A DNA stretch of 33,745 nucleotides from a candidate division WWE3 bacterium GW2011_GWC2_44_9 (GCA_000994815.1 LCJU01000003.1:1-33745); one strand, 5' to 3'; shown: positions 24,807 through 33,284, numbered from the stretch's first letter. Translations and numbers: made by a program. The notes: generated by a model not told the origin, from the letters alone.

Positions 24807-26357
24807 TTACGCCGTGCCAACTATTTTCAACGTGGGTATTACCTCGCCTTTTGCTTCCAGAGTGATTAGTGGGAACTTTAACCCGCTTTTGTTCTCTCGG
24901 TCAGTGTCTATGTAATACGCTCCGTTGGCAAGAGGTGTTGTTATGGCAAACCTGCCCTGTACACCGGTCTTTAGCGCTCGTACCACCTCTTTTCTGGCAT
25001 TTCTGATTACCACAACCACATTTTCAATTGGTTGTTTATTGTTGTTTAGCACAATGCCCCACACAATGTTTGCCACGGTTGGGTTTTGAGCCTGCTGCGC
25101 CGGGGTTATTTGTACAACATGCTGGGCGAGGTATTCCTCCTCTTTTTTCCTTTTCTCTTCTTCCTGTAGCCGTTTGGTTTCAAGTTCCTGCTTTTGTTTA
25201 ACTAGCAGCTCCTCCCGCTCCTTTAGCTGTTTAAGTCGATCTTCTTCCTGCCTAATTTTTTCTTTTTTCGCTTCCTCCTCTTTAACAGAGTTTGTAAGTT
25301 CTTGTTGCCGGAGTTTTTTGGTTTCCTCTTCCTGATTTATTTTCTCGGCCTCCAGAACGCGTTTCTGTACTTCCTGGGTGCTCTTAATATTTTGCAAAAG
25401 GGCATCCAATTGTTTGACTTTTTTTTCATCTTCCGCTTGGAATCTTTCCTCCTCCAGAGGTCTTATCACTCGCTCACCTCTTATTGGGAGGGTGATCTCG
25501 CCTCGGCCCATTTCTGGAGCCAGATTAATGAACCTTCTGCCCGAATGCATGTCGGGAGTCATAGTTGGTGAGTAATAATCAGTGCTTGGTTCTTGGTATC
25601 TTGGCTGGGGTATGTGCCTTATTCTGTGTGGTTGTTTGACTATAATGTCTTGCACAATGTGTTCGCCCGATTGTGGCCGAACTGTGGGTAGCTGATGAGG
25701 AGTTTGTGTCCCGGTTTCTGGTTTTTGTTCTCGTAGTACTGGCGCTGGTAACTCTAGGGCGGTTAAATCCTGCGGCGCTGGCGACACAGGCAGCACTTCC
25801 TCAACAGTTACAGTCGTAGTGACCGCAGGTGTTCCATCCGCACCGGAGTTAGTGTATTGTTGGCTGTATGCCTCTTTGACCTTAAGAATATAGCCTTTTT
25901 CGTCGATATCGAGTTTGTCTATGGGCTGACTTTGCTGTTCCAAGTATGCCTCAATTTTTCTTCTGCTGGTGGTTGGGGTAAGCGTAATAAGCTCGTTTCT
26001 TAGCACGTCCAGGTTTTGGTACTGGAAGACCTGGGGAACTTCTTCCTCTTTTCTATATACGTATTGGTTGGGCAGGTACATAGCTTTGATAAAGTTGACT
26101 ATCCATTGGTCAAGCCCTCTGTCGCCCAATGGCAGAAATGCAAAGCATAGGCCGGTGCCGGCAAAAAATAAAACAAAAAGCCACTTAAAGACAAAAGCTT
26201 CTATAAGCATAAAACTTGCGTAAGCCAAACCGGCAAAGATCATAAGAAAGAAAAACTGTTTTAAAGTGAGGTCGCCTATTATCTTAAATTCCACTGACAT
26301 AATAGACTGTGGAATTGCGTGTTGCTTGTTTGTGGTTTGCTGTTCTCTAATGGGCAT
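24807..26357 (-). CDS. PrgI/VirB3-like membrane protein fused to a Pro-rich linker, a K/E coiled-coil and a C-terminal carboxypeptidase-regulatory-like beta-sandwich
   Basis: The N-terminus IPQSIMSVEFKIIGDLTLKQFFFLMIFAGLAYASF...FLPLGDRGLDQWIVNFIKAMYLPNQYVYRK fits the PrgI family pattern with two TM helices. A long EEEKRKKEEE-type coiled-coil follows. The C-terminus IVWGIVLNNNKQPIENVVVVIRN...GVQGRFAITTPLANGAYYI is CarboxypepD_reg-like. Confidence 0.6.
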   Translation of the reverse strand: MPIREQQTTNKQHAIPQSIMSVEFKIIGDLTLKQFFFLMIFAGLAYASFMLIEAFVFKWLFVLFFAGTGLCFAFLPLGDRGLDQWIVNFIKAMYLPNQYVYRKEEEVPQVFQYQNLDVLRNELITLTPTTSRRKIEAYLEQQSQPIDKLDIDEKGYILKVKEAYSQQYTNSGADGTPAVTTTVTVEEVLPVSPAPQDLTALELPAPVLREQKPETGTQTPHQLPTVRPQSGEHIVQDIIVKQPHRIRHIPQPRYQEPSTDYYSPTMTPDMHSGRRFINLAPEMGRGEITLPIRGERVIRPLEEERFQAEDEKKVKQLDALLQNIKSTQEVQKRVLEAEKINQEEETKKLRQQELTNSVKEEEAKKEKIRQEEDRLKQLKEREELLVKQKQELETKRLQEEEKRKKEEEYLAQHVVQITPAQQAQNPTVANIVWGIVLNNNKQPIENVVVVIRNARKEVVRALKTGVQGRFAITTPLANGAYYIDTDRENKSGLKFPLITLEAKGEVIPTLKIVGTA

Positions 26358-26425
26358 AAACGGGTTGACACCCGAGATTATAATAGCACAAAAAGTGCGG
26401 GGTTACGGTAGGACTGGGTCCGTCT

Positions 26426-27847
26426 TTATCTCCTGCCGCCCTTTTGCTCACCCATAATAAAAGCATTGACTTTGCCAGGCACTTTGAGGGCCTGAAGAAG
26501 TCCGAAAATGATAAAGATAGGAGACAAAATAACACCAAATATTGACCCCAATATAGAACTGGTGTCAAAACTGTTAGCCGGGGATACCATGATAAGGACA
26601 ACAATTAATAAAACAACGTGTGTGTAGGCAAACATGCCGGCATAAGAAAGAACGTTTACGATGGCCCCCTTAAACCAATTTTGGGTCATACTTTCGTTCC
26701 CCGGTATAGCACCTAAAGCAAATATAATCGGCGCAAAAACAATGGAGAATAATAACTTAAGATAGATAAGTATTGCTCTGATAAAAACAAAGATGTACAG
26801 AATAGCTATAACCAACAGCATCACCATGACCACAGCCATTACCGGTGCGGCCACACCTGTGAACTGGAGTAATCCAATAAGAACCAGTGAGACTATTAAA
26901 CCTATGGAAGCCGGCCAATTGCCTTGGCCAAGCCCTTCTTCCGGCCCGAGAGCGATGTTAGCAATTATTGCACCGCTTGTATCGGACAAAAAGCGCATAC
27001 TTGAAGCCAGCACAGCTCCAATAGGATAACTGAAAACAATTAATACAACGGCCAATGGAATTCTTGGCAACGCGTATTGCAAGGTTACAACCAGTTGCGG
27101 AGCAAGCTTTCTTCTTATCATAATCATAACGCCGGTTACGAGCATAACTATAGCTAGCAAACCAAAGGCCAGATTCCTGGTGGTTTTCCAAATAGCCAGA
27201 ATCACTCCGATCATCGGAGCGTTGCCGTAACTAACATCTGCTGCCAACGCTCTACCCGCGAAGGGAACGTTTCTAATTGAGTCGTTCCAGAAATAGGCGA
27301 GGTTTGTAGGTAAGGGTTCTGTTCTAACAGCGCCTTCAAGCCCATTAGCCACTCCTAATATGCTGCCGGAGGTGAGAGTTTGGTTAAATGCCAAGGTGTT
27401 TCCGCCCGTTGTTTGGGTGGCATTATATGTTTGAACAAAATCGTCACAGTTCTCATTGGTACTTCTAGCAGATGGGCATTTCTCTTCAATATCCCTCAAT
27501 GTATCGGCGTACCTACCCCCCTTATTGTTCTTTTTGAGCACATCATACGCGCAATTCATCATCTGCTGGGGATTTCTATTTGCTATCATGCTGGCGGGAG
27601 CATCTGTTATTGATGACGTAATCATAGTGTTAATGGTTTTTCTAACATCCAGTGCTTTATACGCAGTTCCAATCTTTTCAAATAGGGTTTGATCGGGCTG
27701 ACAGTATTGGCTCTGTGTGGGCGGGGCGGGCGCGGCGTGGGAAACGGACCACACTAATGTGGCCAAAACAAAAGTTGTTAACACCGCTTTTACTCTAAAA
27801 TGAGTCATTTTCATCCAAAGTATTCCATAGAGCCGATACAAAATCAA
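26426..27847 (-). CDS. VirB6/TrbL-like polytopic type IV secretion channel protein
   Basis: Signal peptide (MKMTHFRVKAVLTTFVLATLVWSVSHA; the probable true start is ATG 27814). A roughly 170-aa Cys-containing extracytoplasmic domain is followed by about 6-7 TM helices. It is positioned next to PrgI-like and VirB4 genes. Confidence 0.6.
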   Translation of the reverse strand: MILYRLYGILWMKMTHFRVKAVLTTFVLATLVWSVSHAAPAPPTQSQYCQPDQTLFEKIGTAYKALDVRKTINTMITSSITDAPASMIANRNPQQMMNCAYDVLKKNNKGGRYADTLRDIEEKCPSARSTNENCDDFVQTYNATQTTGGNTLAFNQTLTSGSILGVANGLEGAVRTEPLPTNLAYFWNDSIRNVPFAGRALAADVSYGNAPMIGVILAIWKTTRNLAFGLLAIVMLVTGVMIMIRRKLAPQLVVTLQYALPRIPLAVVLIVFSYPIGAVLASSMRFLSDTSGAIIANIALGPEEGLGQGNWPASIGLIVSLVLIGLLQFTGVAAPVMAVVMVMLLVIAILYIFVFIRAILIYLKLLFSIVFAPIIFALGAIPGNESMTQNWFKGAIVNVLSYAGMFAYTHVVLLIVVLIMVSPANSFDTSSILGSIFGVILSPIFIIFGLLQALKVPGKVNAFIMGEQKGGRR

Positions 27848-27859
27848 GCTCTTTTAGTA

Positions 27860-27865
27860 TAGAAT
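27860..27865 (+). promoter_or_regulatory. -10-like hexamer TAGAAT exactly 6 nt upstream of the ATG at 27872 (leaderless geometry)
   Basis: Sequence gtaTAGAATcagtgcATG. The gtaTAGAAT-N6-ATG pattern is identical to the one at 1311-1328. Confidence 0.45.
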
Positions 27866-27871
27866 CAGTGC

Positions 27872-30800
27872 ATGCCAAGTTCTAACCCTTTGTGGTTTGG
27901 TTATTATCCGGGGGACAAACCCATACCCAGAAGACCCGGCATCATTAGACCGGGTCCGGGATTTGATACCTCCGGTTTGGGCTTAAATTCCGTAATTGAT
28001 GAAGCCGCTGCGATTGCAGAAAGGCCCTCCGAGTTACCTAACCAGCTTAAAGATTGGATCGTAGACGATTGGAAGATATCATTTAACGTTGGTACAACTC
28101 CGGCCACACAAACAGGCTTTGACCTTTATGAGTTCGGACGGGAAGAGGCGGCGGATGTTAAGGGAACTTATGTGGTAATAAACCCATTCGACTTGGTTAC
28201 CGACCCAAAAAAAGCAATTACTAAATTTGTAGACAGCTCTTTGGGAGCTATTAACCCCTTTAGGAGATTTGGTTCTTTTGATACAGAATTCTGGAATGAC
28301 TTGGATACCTTGAGCGAGAGAGACATGTGGAGAATGGTGGTTAACCCAACCGAATTTGCAACCTCCGCACCGCCCTCCTTTAAGTTGGTGCAAAGCGCGT
28401 ACGGGCCTATTGATTTCAATAAGCAGGGCATTTATGCAGATACGAACTTGTATTTTTCTACAGCCGGCAAGCAAGGCATAAAAGTTGCTGCTGGGGTTGC
28501 CGATGCGGGGATAGATGTGTACGAACAGGCCGCCGCCGGGGTGTTAGGTTTTGTTGCGGGTAAGAAGTCGGCATTTACACGGAATGACAGATATAGGGAT
28601 ATGCAAAGCGCGCTTTATAATGCCGCCGCAACCGAAATTAAGGTTAAAAACTCAACAATACAAGGCATTCTAGGCGCTGATCCAAACATGGGTGAAACGC
28701 TTTTACGGGTTAACGCTTTTGGTTTGGAAAATGATTTGCTGAAAAACATGAGTGAGCTAAACAAAGGTATTGATGGTGCGGCAAAACTGATTGCTAAAAA
28801 AGGTCTCACAGAGGGTATCTCTGCTGGTGAGGTGCAAAAAGCGTTTACGGACCTATCGGATGCGGCGCGAGACTTGAGAGCAAACATAAACCTGACCAAA
28901 ACACAGTACAGCACTTTTACCATAGGACGAGATGCTTTTGCCAACGACGTAAAAGAATTGGAAACTTTCTTAACCGATGTTGAGAATCTTGCGGCCGGGT
29001 ATGCGGGGCTCCCGGGGACAAAGGTACTCTCACTCTTTGAGCGCGAGGGTGTGGCATCACAAGTTGCCCAGCTTTCCAATAGATTTGCCAACGGTCGATA
29101 TGACGGAGGCATTTATGACAGATACTTGCAGACCGTCGGCAGAAGGTATTTTGAGGGCGAAAAATCCATTTTGCAGACCATTGGCACTATGACTGATCCT
29201 GCTAGTGGCAATAGTCTAGTTGCAACAAACGGTTTCAGGTCTTTAGGTACTGTTTACGATATTCATAAACGCGGTTATTTACAGGAAGCTGGGAGGGACT
29301 TAGTTGACACTGTAGCTAAAGGGAACTTTGGGAAGACTTATGTGTACTTAGGTGCGATAAAAGGCAGAATCCAAATGTTCACCCCGGCTTATTGGACAGG
29401 CAAGATAATGCAAAAAACCCAAATGCTTGGGTTGGTCTACAAAGACAACGTTACTCCGATTCACCCAGTCTTTAACAACTTGCCGTGGATAATGAAAAAC
29501 AAGTTCACGGAGCGGTTTTCAGTTACTGTTGGCGCATCCACTTTTAAAGTCAGCGCAAATCTCACAGGGTCTAAGCACTTAGGCGCGTTTTATGAAGCGT
29601 GGTCACGTTCCAAAGATGGGAAATTGATAGGTGTCTACGCTGGCGGAGCTGTTACATCGTGGGCAACAGACCCTAACGCAAACTACAAGGCTCTTCTGGC
29701 CCTAATAAACAATAAATCTGGCAATGTGGGGTCGTTTGGTGCGGGGATGCAGTATATAGTCAGTGGGGACAAAAACTGGGGGCTGCTGACTTTACAGGCA
29801 AACCAAATGCGTGGTGAGCTGATTAAGTCGGGCCTTCCGTTTGACGTGCTCAACGGCGAACTTCTTGAAACTGACAAAAACAAGGCCTTACTCGAAGGGT
29901 TGTTTGCAAAAATAAAGCTAAGAAAAACTAACGCGGCAACGCTCGACCCGTTTGTGGAAAAAGTGGGATTGCTTCAGATTTATGCCTCAAAGCTTTCACA
30001 GATTCAGCAGGCGATTTTTACCAAAACCGGTATCACAAAGCTGGTTTCTCCGTTTGTACACTTAAAGGCCGTGGTGGCACAGCGGGTTGCAAATTTGGCA
30101 GCGAAAATAGCTACAAAGCTGGGGTTAAAGGTCGCTTTAACGGCATTATTAGGCGGGGCAACGGGAGGGCTTGGCGTGGCGCTGGTTCCTGTAGTGGAAA
30201 AAGTTCTTAACGCCATTATTTCTAAGGTAGTGGATAAAGCAAAGGACATGTTTAGGATGTTCCTCAAGGGCGACTTGATGGGAGCTATTAATTCATTTAT
30301 TGACGATGCAGCTGCCGCCACTGAAAAAGTAATAATAATAGGCTGCTTTATGCCTATATTGTTCGTTGGCATTATTCTATTCTTGCTTGGCACTGTGCTA
30401 ACAAGCGTCCCATTGGGGGACAGGTGGCGAACTCCTTCCGCAACGGCTACTGGAGCCGTTGCACCACCAGCGAGGCTTCCAGATAGTGCCCAAACCTCAT
30501 GCGTTTTTCCGTCCTACATAATAACTACGTACTCTTTTTCAAATGCCCTAGAGCCAGCTCCAGGCAGCAGACCTTGGAGGCACGGGTCAAATGAGTACTG
30601 GGCACCTAGGGATACGGTAGGAGCAGGTGGTAGAACTCAAGTAAATGGCATGGAGGATTGCAGTAAAAACATACCGTATTTTATTTATAGTATTAGAGCA
30701 AAAGGACCTTCGACGGATACGGATAGCTGGTGTAATGATTCTCGTTGGGCGGTTCTACTAAGGGGCTACTATGGATACGCTTTGGATGTAGTTCCAAGTT

Positions 30801-31123
30801 CGGGTGTTGATAGCGCATGGGCAGTGACGCCAAGGCTGGGTGTGGGGGGCAACATTGTGCAAACCTGGAGTGCTTCTAAACGGTCTACGGACGATGGTAG
30901 TGGTGCAGGTTGCTGGGTTACATTAACTGGTAATGACGGGACGTATGTCTATGAGATACATATTTTACATCTTGAGTGCGATTCTTTAGGATCAACTGCC
31001 AGCGAATACAGACCTGGGGATCCTATTGCACTCCTTTATGCCTATTCTGGTGGAAAGCATGTACATTTGGAAATGAGGGTCAACACGGATTTTGTTAAAC
31101 CTGAAGATTGGTTGTGCCGTTAG
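27872..31123 (+). CDS. 1083-aa orphan protein: about 800-aa N-terminal region of unknown fold, TM segment(s), and a C-terminal M23/LytM-like domain
   Basis: No N-terminal signal peptide. Strong TM helix VIIIGCFMPILFVGIILFLLGTVLTSV (nt ~30330-30410). The C-terminus GAGCWVTLTGNDGTYVYEIHILHLE...YRPGDPIALLYAYSGGKHVHLEMRV matches the M23 pattern (Y.HL ... G.ig..G..G..HLH.E). The first HxxxD zinc motif is not obvious. Confidence 0.55.
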   Translation: MPSSNPLWFGYYPGDKPIPRRPGIIRPGPGFDTSGLGLNSVIDEAAAIAERPSELPNQLKDWIVDDWKISFNVGTTPATQTGFDLYEFGREEAADVKGTYVVINPFDLVTDPKKAITKFVDSSLGAINPFRRFGSFDTEFWNDLDTLSERDMWRMVVNPTEFATSAPPSFKLVQSAYGPIDFNKQGIYADTNLYFSTAGKQGIKVAAGVADAGIDVYEQAAAGVLGFVAGKKSAFTRNDRYRDMQSALYNAAATEIKVKNSTIQGILGADPNMGETLLRVNAFGLENDLLKNMSELNKGIDGAAKLIAKKGLTEGISAGEVQKAFTDLSDAARDLRANINLTKTQYSTFTIGRDAFANDVKELETFLTDVENLAAGYAGLPGTKVLSLFEREGVASQVAQLSNRFANGRYDGGIYDRYLQTVGRRYFEGEKSILQTIGTMTDPASGNSLVATNGFRSLGTVYDIHKRGYLQEAGRDLVDTVAKGNFGKTYVYLGAIKGRIQMFTPAYWTGKIMQKTQMLGLVYKDNVTPIHPVFNNLPWIMKNKFTERFSVTVGASTFKVSANLTGSKHLGAFYEAWSRSKDGKLIGVYAGGAVTSWATDPNANYKALLALINNKSGNVGSFGAGMQYIVSGDKNWGLLTLQANQMRGELIKSGLPFDVLNGELLETDKNKALLEGLFAKIKLRKTNAATLDPFVEKVGLLQIYASKLSQIQQAIFTKTGITKLVSPFVHLKAVVAQRVANLAAKIATKLGLKVALTALLGGATGGLGVALVPVVEKVLNAIISKVVDKAKDMFRMFLKGDLMGAINSFIDDAAAATEKVIIIGCFMPILFVGIILFLLGTVLTSVPLGDRWRTPSATATGAVAPPARLPDSAQTSCVFPSYIITTYSFSNALEPAPGSRPWRHGSNEYWAPRDTVGAGGRTQVNGMEDCSKNIPYFIYSIRAKGPSTDTDSWCNDSRWAVLLRGYYGYALDVVPSSGVDSAWAVTPRLGVGGNIVQTWSASKRSTDDGSGAGCWVTLTGNDGTYVYEIHILHLECDSLGSTASEYRPGDPIALLYAYSGGKHVHLEMRVNTDFVKPEDWLCR

Positions 31124-31146
31124 TTTTATGCTAACGTTGAATTAGT

Positions 31147-31647
31147 ATGAAGGACTTAAGACCTATTCTAAAATCAAAGAGGACACTTATCACTTCAGCG
31201 GCAACCGTAACGTTATTGATAGCGGTGTATCTTGTTTTCTTCGGCAGTGCGGGCGTAGATAGAGGCAATGGAGATGGTATTACGCCGCCAGTAGTAGCTG
31301 TAAACCCTTTGAACGTTGTGGAATCGGAGCCCTCAGGCGCTATTCAGTATCTTAACAGCAGGTTTCCGGTGAAGATAAAGTTTGACCAGAAAATCGACCC
31401 AGAGGCTAGAACTATATTTATTAGCATTGAACCAGCTATTGCGTTTGAGAAGTACACACTAACCTCCGATCCAACAAGTGTGTGGCTTGAACCTTCTCCT
31501 ACCCTATCCAACGGCTGGGAGTTTGATACCAACTATACTATCACTGTAACATCTGGTTCCAGAACGCAAGAAGGTAATGTGATGAAAGGAAATTACACAC
31601 TCTCTTTTATTAATTCAATTAGCGATAATATTGTATATCCGGATTAG
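31147..31647 (+). CDS. Membrane-anchored protein with an SbsA/Big_5-like Ig domain
   Basis: N-terminal TM helix (LITSAATVTLLIAVYLVFF). Then VVESEPSG...FPVKIKFDQKIDPE...ISIEP...VWLEPSPTLSNGWEFDTNYTITVTSGSRTQEGNVM, the typical pattern of bacterial Ig-like SbsA-type domains. Confidence 0.5.
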   Translation: MKDLRPILKSKRTLITSAATVTLLIAVYLVFFGSAGVDRGNGDGITPPVVAVNPLNVVESEPSGAIQYLNSRFPVKIKFDQKIDPEARTIFISIEPAIAFEKYTLTSDPTSVWLEPSPTLSNGWEFDTNYTITVTSGSRTQEGNVMKGNYTLSFINSISDNIVYPD

Positions 31648-32138
31648 CCGCTTATACCTAGCCGACCCAACAGTTCTTTGAGATTGCAATTAAGAGCTCC
31701 AAATGGGTCAAAAAGCGGATATGGACATGCGCCTAGAGCAACTGGCCTATTTTCAAGTCCCAACACGTTGCTAATGATGGTGACGATAGTGTATACACCT
31801 ATGACGATAAGGAAGCCTACTATGGCCATAGTTAAAGTTTGTTTGGAAGCCTGCAATGCTTTTGGGTCCCCTAGGGATATTGCATACTTGAGTGCGGACA
31901 CAAAAACAAAGAGAATAAAAAAGACCCCGGCAGATAGCACAAAAACATTTAACAGCCTAGCCACAGGGCAAATTATAGCCATTGGGTGCGGCCCTTTATC
32001 CCAAGTAGTGCTTTCTAGTTCCGTGCAGGCATCCCAGTAATTTGTTGTTACCGCAGCTCTTGTCACGCTACCACCCATAAAGGATACCCACATTACAACT
32101 ATAAAGAGAAACAGCCTACTAAAAATTGGGTGTTGCAT
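31644..32138 (-). CDS. VirB2/TrbC-like T4SS pilin paralog 1 (signal peptide, Cys-containing N- and C-extensions)
   Basis: Signal peptide ending in TRA|AV. Two-helix core LLNVFVLSAGVFFILFVFVSALKYAISLGDPKALQASKQTLTMAIVGFLIVIGVYTIVTIISNVLG. Confidence 0.6.
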   Translation of the reverse strand: MQHPIFSRLFLFIVVMWVSFMGGSVTRAAVTTNYWDACTELESTTWDKGPHPMAIICPVARLLNVFVLSAGVFFILFVFVSALKYAISLGDPKALQASKQTLTMAIVGFLIVIGVYTIVTIISNVLGLENRPVALGACPYPLFDPFGALNCNLKELLGRLGISG

Positions 32139-32511
32139 TTAGTAACTCTCCATAATTACCACCAATTACGTTAAATATTATAGTCTTTAGTGTATAGGCT
32201 CCTATACCTAAAATAAAACCTAGTATAGAGTTTGTAAGGGCTGACTTAGCTTCCGCCGCGGCCTTTGGATCCCCCTTAGCTGTTATAAATTTTATTCCGG
32301 ATACGATCATGGTAATCATTGATATAGCAATAACTGTACCAAATACAACATTTAGTGCTACCCCAAAGAAATCGCTCACAGTCATATAACCGGATGATCT
32401 GTCCGGTGATATCTCTACCCAGGCGGGCAGGTACTGAAAAGGGTCTGTACTTTCTGCAGCAAGTAAAGCCATCTTGTACAGAATTGCATAAAATTGGCTT
32501 TTTTGCAACAA
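32119..32511 (-). CDS. VirB2/TrbC-like T4SS pilin paralog 2
   Basis: Core DFFGVALNVVFGTVIAISMITMIVSGIKFITAKGDPKAAAEAKSALTNSILGFILGIGAYTLKTIIFNVIGG, ending in PNF. The start is ambiguous: TTG at 32511 or ATG at 32472. Confidence 0.6.
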   Translation of the reverse strand: MLQKSQFYAILYKMALLAAESTDPFQYLPAWVEISPDRSSGYMTVSDFFGVALNVVFGTVIAISMITMIVSGIKFITAKGDPKAAAEAKSALTNSILGFILGIGAYTLKTIIFNVIGGNYGELLNATPNF

Positions 32512-32513
32512 AA

Positions 32514-32535
32514 AACCCGGAGCTTAATCCGGGTT
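32514..32535 (-). terminator. Intrinsic terminator-like hairpin between pilin paralogs 3 and 2
   Basis: The minus strand reads AACCCGGA-TTAAGC-TCCGGGTT followed by TTTTTGTT. Confidence 0.45.
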
Positions 32536-32559
32536 TTAAAAGGTTATTTGCCAAACTAG

Positions 32560-32877
32560 CTAAAAGTTTACAACCTCTTTTATATCCATTTTCGAATTTG
32601 CGTCTCCTCCGATCACATTTAACAATATAGTCCTAATTGTGAAAGCGCCAATAACCACGATGAACCCAATCACAGCGTTGGTAAGCGCGTCCCTAGCAGC
32701 ACCGGCGGCTTTTTGATCTCCTGTAACAGCTATACCAACACCAAGAACAACGTTCACCAGGAAGCCAAAAACATCGGAAAGATTCGTAAACTTCAAATCA
32801 ATAGGTTGCACCACCTTATTTGTAGCGGCAAGCGCGGCACTTGCCATTATATCTCTAATAATCATGTCGTTGCACAC
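32560..32877 (-). CDS. VirB2/TrbC-like pilin paralog 3, with an internal deletion of most of the first helix/loop
   Basis: DVFGFLVNVVLGVGIAV-TGDQKAAGAARDALTNAVIGFIVVIGAFTIRTILLNVIGG, ending in VNF. It lacks about 12-14 residues relative to paralogs 1, 2 and 5. GAGGAGG lies upstream; the probable start is ATG 32865. Confidence 0.55.
   Translation of the reverse strand: MCNDMIIRDIMASAALAATNKVVQPIDLKFTNLSDVFGFLVNVVLGVGIAVTGDQKAAGAARDALTNAVIGFIVVIGAFTIRTILLNVIGGDANSKMDIKEVVNF
32624..32772. repeat. Copy A of a 149-nt identical segment shared by pilin paralogs 3 and 4
   Basis: 32624-32723 is identical to 32969-33068, and 32724-32772 is identical to 33079-33127. Confidence 0.9.
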
Positions 32878-32904
32878 ACCTCCTCACAGTAATTAATAAG
32901 CAAG

Positions 32905-33226
32905 CTAGAACGAGACTATATTAGTCACATTCAGTTCGTCGTTAGTGACACCGCCAATAACGTTTACTAATATAGTCCTAATTGTGAAAGCGCCAATAAC
33001 CACGATGAACCCAATCACAGCGTTGGTAAGCGCGTCCCTAGCAGCACCGGCGGCTTTTTGATCTCCTGAAGATAATGGTAACAGCTATACCAACACCAAG
33101 AACAACGTTCACCAGGAAGCCAAAAACCTGACTGAGATCCACAAACCCAAGATTAATCACTTGAGCGTTCTTGCCCGTCTCTGCCAGAGCAACGACTTGA
33201 AAAACATCCAGCAAATAAGAACTCAC
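32905..33226 (-). pseudogene. VirB2/TrbC-like pilin paralog 4, frameshifted copy of paralog 3
   Basis: A GTG start with AGGAG 9 nt upstream gives MSSYLLDVFQVVALAETGKNAQVINLGFVDLSQVFGFLVNVVLGVGIAVTIIF, then a premature stop. The remainder, GDQKAAGAARDALTNAVIGFIVVIGAFTIRTILVNVIGGVTNDELNVTNIVSF*, is intact in another frame and ends at 32905-32907. Confidence 0.7.
32969..33127. repeat. Copy B of the shared pilin segment, carrying an extra 10 nt (33069-33078, AAGATAATGG)
   Basis: Direct comparison of the two stretches. The 10-nt indel causes the frameshift in paralog 4. Confidence 0.9.
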
Positions 33227-33284
33227 AACTTAGCGCTCCTTTCTAAACTTGTTAATAAATCTTTAATAATCATACTGTCTGCAT

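Noticed and set aside
26347-26604. 85-aa minus-strand ORF overlapping the 3' end of the VirB6-like gene and the start of the PrgI-like gene.
   Set aside because: It is an alternative frame of a supported CDS. The 68-nt gap 26358-26425 may hold an internal TATAAT-type promoter, but that is too weakly supported to call.
28079-30393. Antisense ORFs inside the 1083-aa gene (28079-28474, 28168-28431, 28615-29112, 29683-29883, 30004-30393).
   Set aside because: The plus-strand ORF is uninterrupted for 3.25 kb, which is very unlikely by chance. The antisense ORFs have no motifs.
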